A stretch of DNA of 64,000 bases from a virus. The notes beneath the pieces are model-generated. The model was given only the letters and a program-made list of their open reading frames with translations. It made no database searches and was not told the origin of the DNA. The position numbers were made by a program, and so were the translations under genes. The first letter of the stretch is position 1; each line of letters begins with the position of its first letter. Shown in pieces: positions 9,340 to 17,968 of the stretch. Location: positions 32,001 to 96,000 of IMG/VR virus record IMGVR_UViG_3300036770_008028, one strand, 5' to 3'.

Positions 9340-9423
9340 GAGTTCCTCCAAAGTAATGGCTCTGTTGAATATTTACACAGATGGAGGAAAACTGGGTGTT
9401 TTAAGGTAGATTATTGGCAATTA

Positions 9424-9451
9424 TGACAGGATCTTGACAGGATCCTGTCAA
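9424..9451. repeat. 18-bp perfect palindrome with an adjacent direct repeat
   Basis: TTGACAGGATCCTGTCAA at 9434-9451; TGACAGGATC at both 9424 and 9435. Confidence 0.8.
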
Positions 9452-9454
9452 AAA

Positions 9455-9673
9455 TCACACAACGGGTTGCGCAGGAGGAGAGTATTGTTGCTGTATGCGC
9501 TTGATTTTTTCCCGAAATTCGTAGGTTCTCACATCGTTCATCTTACGAAGTTTATTGAGTTGTCGCAGGGTGAGTTTGGTCTTGCGGAGATCACCCAGGC
9601 GTGGTTGTGTGTTATCCTGCGCCACATCTTGATAGGCACTAGGTTCGCGCTGATAGAGTTCGTTCAGGATCAT
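9455..9673 (-). CDS. Small basic head-region protein
   Basis: 72 aa MILNELYQ...RKTKLTLRQLNKLRKM; start at ATG 9673, 4 nt after a perfect TATAAATA. Confidence 0.75.
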   Translation of the reverse strand: MILNELYQREPSAYQDVAQDNTQPRLGDLRKTKLTLRQLNKLRKMNDVRTYEFREKIKRIQQQYSPPAQPVV

Positions 9674-9677
9674 GCAG

Positions 9678-9685
9678 TATTTATA
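9678..9685 (-). promoter_or_regulatory. T4 late promoter TATAAATA
   Basis: Exact T4 gp55 consensus overlapping the portal stop codon. Confidence 0.75.
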
Positions 9686-11468
9686 CTGTGGGTGCTGCGC
9701 CCACAGCCGGTGGTGCTGCGCCAGCTGCGGGTTGTTGACCTGGTGCAGCACCAGGTTCTCCAGCAGCGCCTACTTCAGTGCCGCCAGCTAATTCCTGTCC
9801 CATGGTGATGTCGGCTTCGAGATCACCGGGAATCACGCCCACGGATCGTAGGTCTTGTCCGGTAGCGCTGGGTGCGTCAGGTTTGCTGCGTTCTTCATGC
9901 CAGGCCTGTTCATTTTCCACAATTTCATCTTCTGTGAGTCCTAGATAGCGTTTGAGCAAGAACCGCTTGGAGAGATAAGGCACTTGCTCCAGTTGTGTGA
10001 ATGTGCTTACGCGGCTGGTATCCAGTTCGGCTTCGCGATAACTGGCGAAGTTCTGGGGAGGATTGAACTGGATGTTGAACAGGCCAGAGTCGATGTTGAA
10101 ACCTCTCCAGCGCAGGAACATCTTGAATTCGTCGTCCAGTTTCTGTATGATCAGTCGCTGCAAGCGTTCGCAGTACTGATTGAAGCGATATTCCTGGATC
10201 AGCGCTGTGCCCACACGACCATCATTGAGCGGACGATCTGAATCGTCAGGACCGGTGGGCAAGTACGAACTGGGCACACGCAATCCACGACACATTTTGT
10301 TGTTGAAGTATTTGAGATCGTCAATCTCACCAAGATTTGAACCACCCGGAAGTGTTTCCACAGAGGATCCGCGGCCGTCCGCGGTCTGGGGAAAGTAGTA
10401 GTCTTCGTTGATAGAGAGCGGATTGTAACTGCTGTCCATCATGTGTCTGCCATCCGAACCACCGCTGTGTGTGGGTATGCGGCGCTGATGTATTTCGTTT
10501 TTTACCCGTTCAACAAAGGCCATGGCCATGTGCGACGGCATGTTACCCACATCGATCTTGAAGATCCTGCGCTCTGGAGCGCGGGCCACACGATAGATCA
10601 GCACGGAATCTTCCAAGAGTTCTTTCTGTTTGAACACCCGGTAGATGGTTTCCAGCACGCTCTGTCCAAAAGGCCAGTAGTAATCCAGTCCTTCGGTGAG
10701 ACTGAGGTGCACGATGTGCTTGGCGTCTAACACTGCTTCGTTCATGGCAGCAGAAAATCTGTTGCCCGCTGCACCTTGACCGCCGGCCCCGGCGTTGGGT
10801 ACGTTGTAGGTATACGGGGTAGTCACACCAGATGCCGGAGGATTGGCCTGATAATCTGTGGTGGTTTTGGCCGCGATAGTGAGATTCTGGAAATTGGGGT
10901 TGATGTCGCGGATCACGTATTGCTCTGGACGCTTGCCTTCCGACTCGTTGACAATCACACGGGCCACTTTGGTCATGTCTACCCAATACATCTCAAATGT
11001 TTCTGGATCGCGAACAAATACCTGATCACCATACTTGATGGTATTGCGGAAGATCTTGAAGATGCGCTGATCCAGTTTGTTGAGTTTGACCCATTGCTGT
11101 AACTGTTTCTTGATGATTTCTACTTCGTTGTCCGTGGGTTGATCCACATACTGCACGCAAAAAGGCACCGGTTCGTTGGGTGTGGGTTGCGTGGCAAACT
11201 CCGCGATGATATCCAGACAGGCATTGACTTCGGAATCCATGTCCATCTGCTCGTATTGGTTATAGCGTTCTATGCGATTGGGATGGCCGGTGTACACTTC
11301 GGGCAGACGGCTGGCATAGTTGCGATAGACCACATCTGCATGTCCTTGCAGAGGATCTCTACCATCGTTACGCCCGTATCCAGGCAGGCCGTCGCTGCCA
11401 CGACCGCTGAGTGGGCTGAGTTGCCCACCGGTGTTTGCCACTTTGAAATATTTTTTCCACCCAGCCAT
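9681..11468 (-). CDS. gp20: Portal vertex protein (T4 gp20)
   Basis: LEDSVLIYRVARAPERRIFKIDVGNMP, EDYYFP, ETLPGGSNLGEIDDLKYF, LRVPSSYL; TAAATA at 11490-11495. Confidence 0.96.
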   Translation of the reverse strand: MAGWKKYFKVANTGGQLSPLSGRGSDGLPGYGRNDGRDPLQGHADVVYRNYASRLPEVYTGHPNRIERYNQYEQMDMDSEVNACLDIIAEFATQPTPNEPVPFCVQYVDQPTDNEVEIIKKQLQQWVKLNKLDQRIFKIFRNTIKYGDQVFVRDPETFEMYWVDMTKVARVIVNESEGKRPEQYVIRDINPNFQNLTIAAKTTTDYQANPPASGVTTPYTYNVPNAGAGGQGAAGNRFSAAMNEAVLDAKHIVHLSLTEGLDYYWPFGQSVLETIYRVFKQKELLEDSVLIYRVARAPERRIFKIDVGNMPSHMAMAFVERVKNEIHQRRIPTHSGGSDGRHMMDSSYNPLSINEDYYFPQTADGRGSSVETLPGGSNLGEIDDLKYFNNKMCRGLRVPSSYLPTGPDDSDRPLNDGRVGTALIQEYRFNQYCERLQRLIIQKLDDEFKMFLRWRGFNIDSGLFNIQFNPPQNFASYREAELDTSRVSTFTQLEQVPYLSKRFLLKRYLGLTEDEIVENEQAWHEERSKPDAPSATGQDLRSVGVIPGDLEADITMGQELAGGTEVGAAGEPGAAPGQQPAAGAAPPAVGAAPTV

Positions 11469-11498
11469 ACGGATCCTTGATATGAGCAGTATTTACCG

Positions 11499-13880
11499 CT
11501 AGCTGCCGGTGCGCTGTAACATCTGCCGGCTCATCGCATTTTGTTGCTGTTGGAGATCCCTCAAATCCATCATCAATTTCTGCATGTTTTCGCCTTCGGT
11601 AGCACCACCCTGACTCTTTATCAGTTCCTGCATGGCTGCCTGGAACTCTTTCAACGTGGTTTGCAGGGCTTCGTTGAGAGGTTTACCGCTTTCTACCAAA
11701 TCAGCCACTCGATTGGTGATGTCATCTCTGGCCATGCCACCGGCTATGGCCGAACCAAAATCTGCACCCATCATGCTGACATTGGTACTGATACCACTTT
11801 TGTTGATCATGAGTTTGGATTCAAGATCACCAAGGCCCAGCCTTTGCATGATCATATCAGTGAGCTTGCGATCAGTGAACAAGTTGCCGGTGTATTGTCC
11901 TCCTTGTTGCATTGTACCATGGGATCCAATGCCGCCTAAGAATATCTCTTTGTCTAATTTGACTGGTATGCTCTTGCCGTCGGGCAGTGGAACCACTGCT
12001 TCCGGGCCTGCTTCACCAGCGATACTGGGTCCCTGCGTGATGCCTCCTTTGGCAAGGGCCTGCACATGGAAATGTCCACCGGTGCTACCTCTGCTGGGAT
12101 TGTTATACTCGTCGATAGCCTTTACTGCACCCATGGCCATGAGATTTTTAACGATCTGTTCGCCTTGTTCTTTGGTAGGCCGCGAAGACAGGGTAAAATC
12201 AAAGGCCGCGCCTTTGGTGTGTGTGCTGGAAGGAGCGTTTTCCTGATGGAAGCGATCATTGAAGCCGGAGAAGTAGTTGAAACCTTGGATGCTGCTCTGA
12301 ACTGCCTGTGCCAGTTGCAGGGTTTTGGGATCCACTGTAGCACCTTCGGCCTGCACATCTCCGGTCTTGATCCTGAGTCCCATGCGCTCAAGATCCTGCT
12401 GAGATGTTTGGCCACCTGCTGCAGGTGCTGCTGTGCCACCGCCAAAGAAACGTTTGATGGTACCAATCACACCCCCGCCGCCGGGCATGGCACCGCCGGC
12501 TGTTTCGCCCGGCAAGGCCCCGGTGGCGGCTTCCGGAATGCCAGCCAGAGCCTGCAGGGCACGTGTGGCTGGATTCACACCTAGGGACACAAAGGTCTGC
12601 AGGCTGTCTCTGGCATTCATCTGGCTGGTACGCAGATCTACCTGTGCTTTCACCGCTGGATCCGCTTCGTTGACCTGTTTCACAAGCTCGCCAGTGAGCT
12701 TGTCTCGCATCCGGCCTTCTTTGTCCAGGCGACGATTGGACAGATTCATGTTTTCGGCTAGATTGCCAAACACTCCGGGCAGGTCAGTCTGGGCTGCCAC
12801 TTCCAGGAATCTTTCGGTGCCGGTGCCGGTGGCAGCGGCCAAATCATTGAACAGGCCTACGTAGTCTTCGCCACGCAAGGCACGCTGCGCTATGTCTTGT
12901 ATGCGTCCTCCGGTGGCCTGCATGGCTTCAGCGGCAGCATCGCTGGTCACGGCTCCGCCGGCTGCGATAATGTCTCGCAGGCCCTTGCTGAGAGTGGGTG
13001 CTTCCTTGGCCACTGTGGCGTTGAGAAACTGTATGTTCTTGGCTGTGGCGTTGTCGCCTTGACGGCGCAGAAGTTCTAGCCGTGCACGGAATCGTTGCTC
13101 GTTCTGCGCCTGCTCCATGGTGCTGCGTAGTTGATCTTTTTGTTCACCGGTAAGCTTGGCCAGGATATCGAGTTCTCGAGCAAAATCCACAGCACCTTTG
13201 CGCATCTGCTCAGTGCTCATGTTCTGCGCGAATCCCAGTCGCGTCTGAAGTTTGATGTAGTCGGCTGTGGTTTCGTTGATTTCTTCTACGCTCATGCCCA
13301 GCATGCGCAGTTCCGTGCCGGCACTTGAACGCACTATGGTGGCTAATTCTAGGAATCTCTTGCGACCTTCCACTGCTGATCCACCCAGTTTGGCCAGTGT
13401 GGTGCTGCTGTCAGCCATGAGTTTGGTAAAGTTCTGCAGACCAACTTCGTCCAGGCCGTAGCCCAGGCGCTGTGCTGCGTCGGCCACACCGGCCATGCCA
13501 TCAGATGCGGCCAATCCAAACTTGCTCAGAGCCTGGTACGTGGTAAACAGCCGGTCGCTGAGTAGATTGAGTTCTTTGGTGGTATCCGAAGCCGCGCCAG
13601 CCAGGTCGGCTAGTTCGTCACCGACTACAGGTATGAGGCGCAGCCATTTCTGCAGAGACGAACTGGCCGCATCTATGGAAGAATTGAATGCTGCCGCGCC
13701 CTGCTGGCCCGAATACATCTCTTTGGTATAGGCCTTGGCAGTGTTGAACAACACTGCAAAGATTTCCTTGCCTACCTTCTGGGCCTTGGAGAGTTCCTCC
13801 ATGGTCTTGCGTGTTTCTTCGGTCACATAGCCAAAAGTACGCAGTTCCTCACTCGCTCGGCGGATAATCTCTGGATCCAT
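11499..13880 (-). CDS. Tape-measure-like tail protein with an internal M15-type peptidase motif
   Basis: Long A/Q/L-rich helical N-terminal half; AKGGITQGPSIAGEAGPEAVVPL typical of tape-measure C-termini; STHTKGAAFD...GHFHV zinc-peptidase motif. Confidence 0.7.
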   Translation of the reverse strand: MDPEIIRRASEELRTFGYVTEETRKTMEELSKAQKVGKEIFAVLFNTAKAYTKEMYSGQQGAAAFNSSIDAASSSLQKWLRLIPVVGDELADLAGAASDTTKELNLLSDRLFTTYQALSKFGLAASDGMAGVADAAQRLGYGLDEVGLQNFTKLMADSSTTLAKLGGSAVEGRKRFLELATIVRSSAGTELRMLGMSVEEINETTADYIKLQTRLGFAQNMSTEQMRKGAVDFARELDILAKLTGEQKDQLRSTMEQAQNEQRFRARLELLRRQGDNATAKNIQFLNATVAKEAPTLSKGLRDIIAAGGAVTSDAAAEAMQATGGRIQDIAQRALRGEDYVGLFNDLAAATGTGTERFLEVAAQTDLPGVFGNLAENMNLSNRRLDKEGRMRDKLTGELVKQVNEADPAVKAQVDLRTSQMNARDSLQTFVSLGVNPATRALQALAGIPEAATGALPGETAGGAMPGGGGVIGTIKRFFGGGTAAPAAGGQTSQQDLERMGLRIKTGDVQAEGATVDPKTLQLAQAVQSSIQGFNYFSGFNDRFHQENAPSSTHTKGAAFDFTLSSRPTKEQGEQIVKNLMAMGAVKAIDEYNNPSRGSTGGHFHVQALAKGGITQGPSIAGEAGPEAVVPLPDGKSIPVKLDKEIFLGGIGSHGTMQQGGQYTGNLFTDRKLTDMIMQRLGLGDLESKLMINKSGISTNVSMMGADFGSAIAGGMARDDITNRVADLVESGKPLNEALQTTLKEFQAAMQELIKSQGGATEGENMQKLMMDLRDLQQQQNAMSRQMLQRTGS

Positions 13881-13890
13881 TAAATTAGCC

Positions 13891-13920
13891 TATAAATAAT
13901 CGCATACCCTTTTATTTATA
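13891..13920. promoter_or_regulatory. Two opposed perfect late promoters
   Basis: TATAAATA on + at 13891-13898 and on - at 13913-13920, in the 50-bp gap between divergent genes. Confidence 0.75.
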
Positions 13921-13930
13921 GGAACCAAAA

Positions 13931-14773
13931 ATGCTACAACATTCCAATCCACTGGCGCAGTTTTTCCGCCAGCCTGCGATCTATCTGCGTCTGCCCAGTG
14001 GTGGTCATGGCTGGGCACCGGGCTCCTTGGATCTGCCTGACAATGGTGAGATACCGGTTTATCCCATGACAGCCATGGACGAGATCACTTATCGCACACC
14101 AGATGCCCTGTTCAACGGAGAAGCCACGGTGTCTGTGATGCAAAGCTGTGTGCCTAACATCAAGGACGCATGGAGTTGTCCTGCCAGTGACCTGGACACC
14201 TTGCTGATAGGCATCAGGATCGCCAGTTATGGACACAGCATGGACATCGGAACCAAATGTCCCAGCTGTGAGACTGACACTGAATTTGGCCTAGATCTGC
14301 GCACTGTGATTGACAAACTTCACAGCGCCGACTACGAATCACCGTTACAGCAAGGCGATCTCAAGATCTATTTCAAACCATTGAACTATCGCCAACTCAC
14401 TGACAATGCGCAGGCACAGTTTGAACAGCAAAAAACCCTGCAGATCATGGGTGATACCGAGGTCCCCGAGGAAAGCAAGGTCGCCCAGCTCAACACCATG
14501 ATGAAAAAAATAGTAGAAGCCACTATCACTGCTATCTCTCGCAGCATCAGCGAAATACGCACACGCGACGCCATAGTCACCGAATCAAAATTCATTGAAG
14601 AGTTCCTACACAACTGCGAACGCGTGGTGTTTGAACGTGTGAGAGATCATGTGGTGTCTTTGAGAGAGACCAGCGAGATACGACCCATAAAGATCACCTG
14701 TCCTAACTGCCAACACCAGTATGATCAATCATTTACCTTGGACATGGCACGTTTTTTCGAGTCCGCCTCTTGA
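13931..14773 (+). CDS. gp26: Baseplate hub assembly protein (T4 gp26-like)
   Basis: YLRLPSGG, PMTAMDEI, DLDTLLIGIRIASYG, CPSC and CPNC zinc motifs, FF near the C-terminus. Confidence 0.8.
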   Translation: MLQHSNPLAQFFRQPAIYLRLPSGGHGWAPGSLDLPDNGEIPVYPMTAMDEITYRTPDALFNGEATVSVMQSCVPNIKDAWSCPASDLDTLLIGIRIASYGHSMDIGTKCPSCETDTEFGLDLRTVIDKLHSADYESPLQQGDLKIYFKPLNYRQLTDNAQAQFEQQKTLQIMGDTEVPEESKVAQLNTMMKKIVEATITAISRSISEIRTRDAIVTESKFIEEFLHNCERVVFERVRDHVVSLRETSEIRPIKITCPNCQHQYDQSFTLDMARFFESAS

Positions 14774-14988
14774 TCTCTGATTCTGATCAGATCAGCCGTA
14801 TGATCGATCACATGGAACAAGAGGCTGTGCAGATACGCGACGAAGCGCTGAAGATGTGCTGGTACATGCGCGGCGGATTGACCTACAACGAAGCCATGCA
14901 TCTCAGCCACAGCGAACGAGAAACTGTGGGACGATTGATCAAAGAAAATCTCGAGACCACCAAAAAAACCGGAATGCCGTTTTTCTAA
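14770..14988 (+). CDS. Baseplate hub assembly chaperone (gp51-like); may be translated as a -1 frameshift extension of the upstream gene
   Basis: WYMRGGLTYNEAMHLSHSERE motif; lies in the -1 frame of the upstream ORF; no clear SD. Confidence 0.7.
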   Translation: MISDSDQISRMIDHMEQEAVQIRDEALKMCWYMRGGLTYNEAMHLSHSERETVGRLIKENLETTKKTGMPFF

Positions 14989-14989
14989 C

Positions 14990-15487
14990 ATGGATTTTGA
15001 ACAAGCACAGATGGATGTATTGAACTGGGTCACAGGCTTTGTAGAGCAACCCAATGCTGCCCTCAATGGGTGGCCGCCTTGTCCGCATGCTCGCAAAGCA
15101 CGTTTAGATGGTCAGTTTGAAATACGCCCCGGACGGGTAGAACCTTACACTGATCTCAAAAATACTGACATGGGCGATAAGATGGTCATAGCCTATGTGT
15201 ACGAGCCCAGCAAATTCTCCGCAGACGAATTCAACCAACAGATACAATCTGTGAATCGCGGATTCCTCATACCTCGCAACATGATTGGACTGGCCGATCA
15301 TCCTGATGCTGTGGAAAACGTCAATGGAGTGATCATGAACCAAGGTACCTGGGCTATCGCGTTTGTGCAACCGTTGGACAAACTCAATCATTTTGCCCGC
15401 TTGATCGCTGGTCGAGGTTACTACGAAGGATGGCCCAAAGACTATCTCCAGGAACTGTTTGAAGGCCGTGAGGATCCCAGACAGTGA
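14990..15487 (+). CDS. DUF1415-like protein
   Basis: W...FVE...CPHARKA and DHP motifs resemble DUF1415. Confidence 0.5.
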   Translation: MDFEQAQMDVLNWVTGFVEQPNAALNGWPPCPHARKARLDGQFEIRPGRVEPYTDLKNTDMGDKMVIAYVYEPSKFSADEFNQQIQSVNRGFLIPRNMIGLADHPDAVENVNGVIMNQGTWAIAFVQPLDKLNHFARLIAGRGYYEGWPKDYLQELFEGREDPRQ

Positions 15488-15924
15488 CCTATCAGTTTGC
15501 ACGCATAGATCTCAGCAAAACCAATTATACAGAATCTGTAGAGTGGACATATCTCAGCAAGACTGATTGTCAAGTAGAGCAATGCCTAGAGATCTATCGT
15601 ACCTACTGTATCTACAAACACTTTGGATCGGTGATGCCTTTGTTTGTGAGCAGATTCAGAGATCCCATGGCCGATCTAATCGGTTACTACGATGGCGGCA
15701 ACATGGTGGCATTCAGCCTCATACGCAGGTATGATGAAAAAAATGCCCTGTGCGATCAGTTTGCCTGGACCTATCACAATCCTCGATTGCGTCTTGGCAT
15801 TGAAACTATGAAAACAGAATGTGCCATCTACCGGGCGCGAGGGTTTGACTATCTCTACCTTGAGCAGGCGCATCTCTACAAACATGAAATAGAGGGATTT
15901 GAAATTTTAGGACCAATGACATGA
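15484..15924 (+). CDS. GNAT-fold protein resembling the C-terminal domain of arginyl-tRNA-protein transferase (ATE/Bpt)
   Basis: GYYDGGNMVAFSLI...WTYHNPRLRLGIETMKTECAIYRARGFDYLYL matches the ATE_C pattern (P..SLG..S...E...A...G..Y.YLG). Confidence 0.55.
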   Translation: MTYQFARIDLSKTNYTESVEWTYLSKTDCQVEQCLEIYRTYCIYKHFGSVMPLFVSRFRDPMADLIGYYDGGNMVAFSLIRRYDEKNALCDQFAWTYHNPRLRLGIETMKTECAIYRARGFDYLYLEQAHLYKHEIEGFEILGPMT

Positions 15925-16256
15925 GCGACTTATACACCATATGGGCAGACAAAGAAGGCGATATATCAGACCTTGAATGGGTCAACGGGATGAAAAGTTT
16001 TTTTGATCACTTGATCTCTGAAGGCAAGATGCTGACTTACAGGATCACTCGTTGCAAGATGGGCTTCCGCAGCATACCTGATCTTCCGGAGTGGATGATC
16101 ATCATGGAGTTCCGAGACATGGCACAGATGGATGCCGCATTCCGGAGGGTGGCACCGCTTGAGGGTGAACTAGAATCCAAGCACCGATCATTCAATCAAT
16201 TTGTGGCCGGTAACATACAGCATGCGCTATTCCGAGATTGGCCCGATCGGTTCTAG
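15921..16256 (+). CDS. DUF6614-like small protein
   Basis: YRITRCKMG...IIMEFRDMAQMDAAF...ALFRDWPD pattern; ATGA coupling to the previous gene. Confidence 0.55.
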   Translation: MSDLYTIWADKEGDISDLEWVNGMKSFFDHLISEGKMLTYRITRCKMGFRSIPDLPEWMIIMEFRDMAQMDAAFRRVAPLEGELESKHRSFNQFVAGNIQHALFRDWPDRF

Positions 16257-17498
16257 CCATTCATTCCAGTGCGTGCAGTTTTCTTTCCAGCTATGAGCAG
16301 GATCATACCAATCTAAAAAACCGCGTAGTGCCAAAAGATGGTCGTTGCAAAACACCTGATTTTCTAACTGCGATATAAGTCCCATGAGATCGATCAAGGG
16401 CTCTTGAGAATAACAAGGAGGTACCACAGGCACAGGATATTCTTGCAGTGCCAGCGCTGTGCGTTTCAAGATGTGCGAAGGCACACTTGACAGAGACATG
16501 TAATCTGGAGTATCCAACAAACCAAATCCCATCGGTATGCCATGTTGCCAACACCACTGCATGAGATCTTTAATCGTCTGCACTGTCAATGCCTGGAGAG
16601 TATGATGCACATAGATACAATCAGTGCCGTAAACAGATACAAAGTTCTCTATGTTACGAGATATTTGATCCCAATTACTACCGCGTCTGATATAGTCCTG
16701 GACCCACCCAATACCCTCCAGGCTAAGCACAAAACTCACTGATTGGAAGTGAGAAAACTGCTGCTTTGCCTTGACAAGATCCTGGCTGCCATTGGTAACA
16801 AACAATAGATTGGTTTTGCGAGCGCGATCAGCAGGCAGTGCGCCGAGTATCTGTCTTGTTTCCTGGTCCAGCAAAGGTTCCCCGCCTAGTATTTTCAGAA
16901 ACTTGGGCCGTTGGCGCAGTATGTCACGCAGTAGATGTCGATTGCTGTTGTCTACAAAAATCGCCCTGGCTCGATCAAGATAGCCTGGATCGGTAGACAG
17001 TCTAGACTGCACACAGGCGTGTTCTGTGTTTTTTTTCCAAATTGCATATATTTGGCTGCTGTCCATGGGATTGCACATTGCACAGGCAAAATTGCATAGA
17101 TTTGAGATTTTGATATCGGCCGATATCAATAGATCACTTTGCCAGTCTTGTTTGTTTTTAAAATATGCGGCAAGCCATGTCTGTTGCAGATCGCTGGCAT
17201 TCTTCGTCACTGTGTTGTTGACGATGTTTCTTAAACTGTGATGTCCGCTGTCCTCCTTTTGCCAGCATCTACGACATTCTGGCAATCGCACTCCTTGCGA
17301 TAAATTTTGTCTTAGATACTGAGAATAGTCAGACTGATACCAGTGATCGATATCGTGCTCTCTGAGATTGTATTCTGTCTGTCCTTGATAGTTTGATGCG
17401 CCATGGTCAATTTCACAGCAACAACGAAAAGATCCATCATTGGAATTTCGTAACTGAAACCAAGGCGCTGCACAGAAAGTGTTTGAATTTATATCCAC
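16227..17498 (-). CDS. Radical SAM protein with N-terminal twitch/SPASM-like domain
   Basis: FCAAPW...CCE...CRRC N-terminal cysteines; CNFACAMC; ILGGEP; VTNG; YIRRGSNW; TAAATA 4 nt before the GTG. Confidence 0.88.
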   Translation of the reverse strand: MDINSNTFCAAPWFQLRNSNDGSFRCCCEIDHGASNYQGQTEYNLREHDIDHWYQSDYSQYLRQNLSQGVRLPECRRCWQKEDSGHHSLRNIVNNTVTKNASDLQQTWLAAYFKNKQDWQSDLLISADIKISNLCNFACAMCNPMDSSQIYAIWKKNTEHACVQSRLSTDPGYLDRARAIFVDNSNRHLLRDILRQRPKFLKILGGEPLLDQETRQILGALPADRARKTNLLFVTNGSQDLVKAKQQFSHFQSVSFVLSLEGIGWVQDYIRRGSNWDQISRNIENFVSVYGTDCIYVHHTLQALTVQTIKDLMQWCWQHGIPMGFGLLDTPDYMSLSSVPSHILKRTALALQEYPVPVVPPCYSQEPLIDLMGLISQLENQVFCNDHLLALRGFLDWYDPAHSWKENCTHWNEWLEPIGPISE

Positions 17499-17508
17499 TT
17501 GATATTTA

Positions 17509-17580
17509 AGAACTGCTGCGCAGTTCTATTGATTTCGCTGCGCTCATCAATATTTTTGGCTCCTACGAGCGAAGCGAGTA
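17509..17580. repeat. Three hairpins with GCG(A/C)AGC loops (candidate ssDNA/origin-type element)
   Basis: AGAACT-gctgcgc-AGTTCT 17509-17527; TATTGAT-ttcgctgcgctc-ATCAATA 17527-17552; TAC-gagcgaagcga-GTA 17564-17580. Confidence 0.65.
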
Positions 17581-17968
17581 TACAGTATCATCCAGATGTA
17601 ATGGTCACACTTAGCCCGTTTCCGGGCTAAGAAATGTCTGCGGCATCATCCGAGTGCATCACAGTCACACAGCGTTAGAACTACAAGGTAGTAAAAAAAT
17701 TTTACTGCCTCACGCAGGCGGTTGTCCGGTACCTGCTCATTCCGTCTTATCACAACGGCAACACACAATCCATACGCTATCACAGATTGCATGCCTGGAG
17801 TTTTTCTCTCCTCTTTTTGCCTTTTTATCCTTTTCCAACAACCAAACGTCGGGTCTTAGAGACGTCATCATCCTTGCGGGCAGTGGTTGAGTGCTCGCTG
17901 GTACGGCGAGGCTTCCATCTCTGTGAACCGAGTTCCAGATCTAGAGCACACGAAGTTGGCCTGTGCTA
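17581..17968 (-). ncRNA. Candidate large structured non-coding RNA (~390 nt)
   Basis: Longest gene-free stretch in the window; about ten stems, GAAA/GCAA tetraloops and G-U pairs that work only on the minus strand; possible pseudoknot. Confidence 0.6.

Noticed and set aside
8779-9426. 215-aa F/V/H-rich plus-strand ORF and the many similar antisense ORFs
   Set aside because: Shadow frames of real genes caused by codon bias; no independent signals
14977-14990. Second frameshift at CCG TTT TTC TAA into the DUF1415-like gene
   Set aside because: The heptamer G TTT TTC is imperfect, and the next gene has its own ATG and is not in the -1 frame
17586-17680. CRISPR or TIGR-type array
   Set aside because: Only two short, irregularly spaced modules; no Cas or Nop-domain gene recognised in the window
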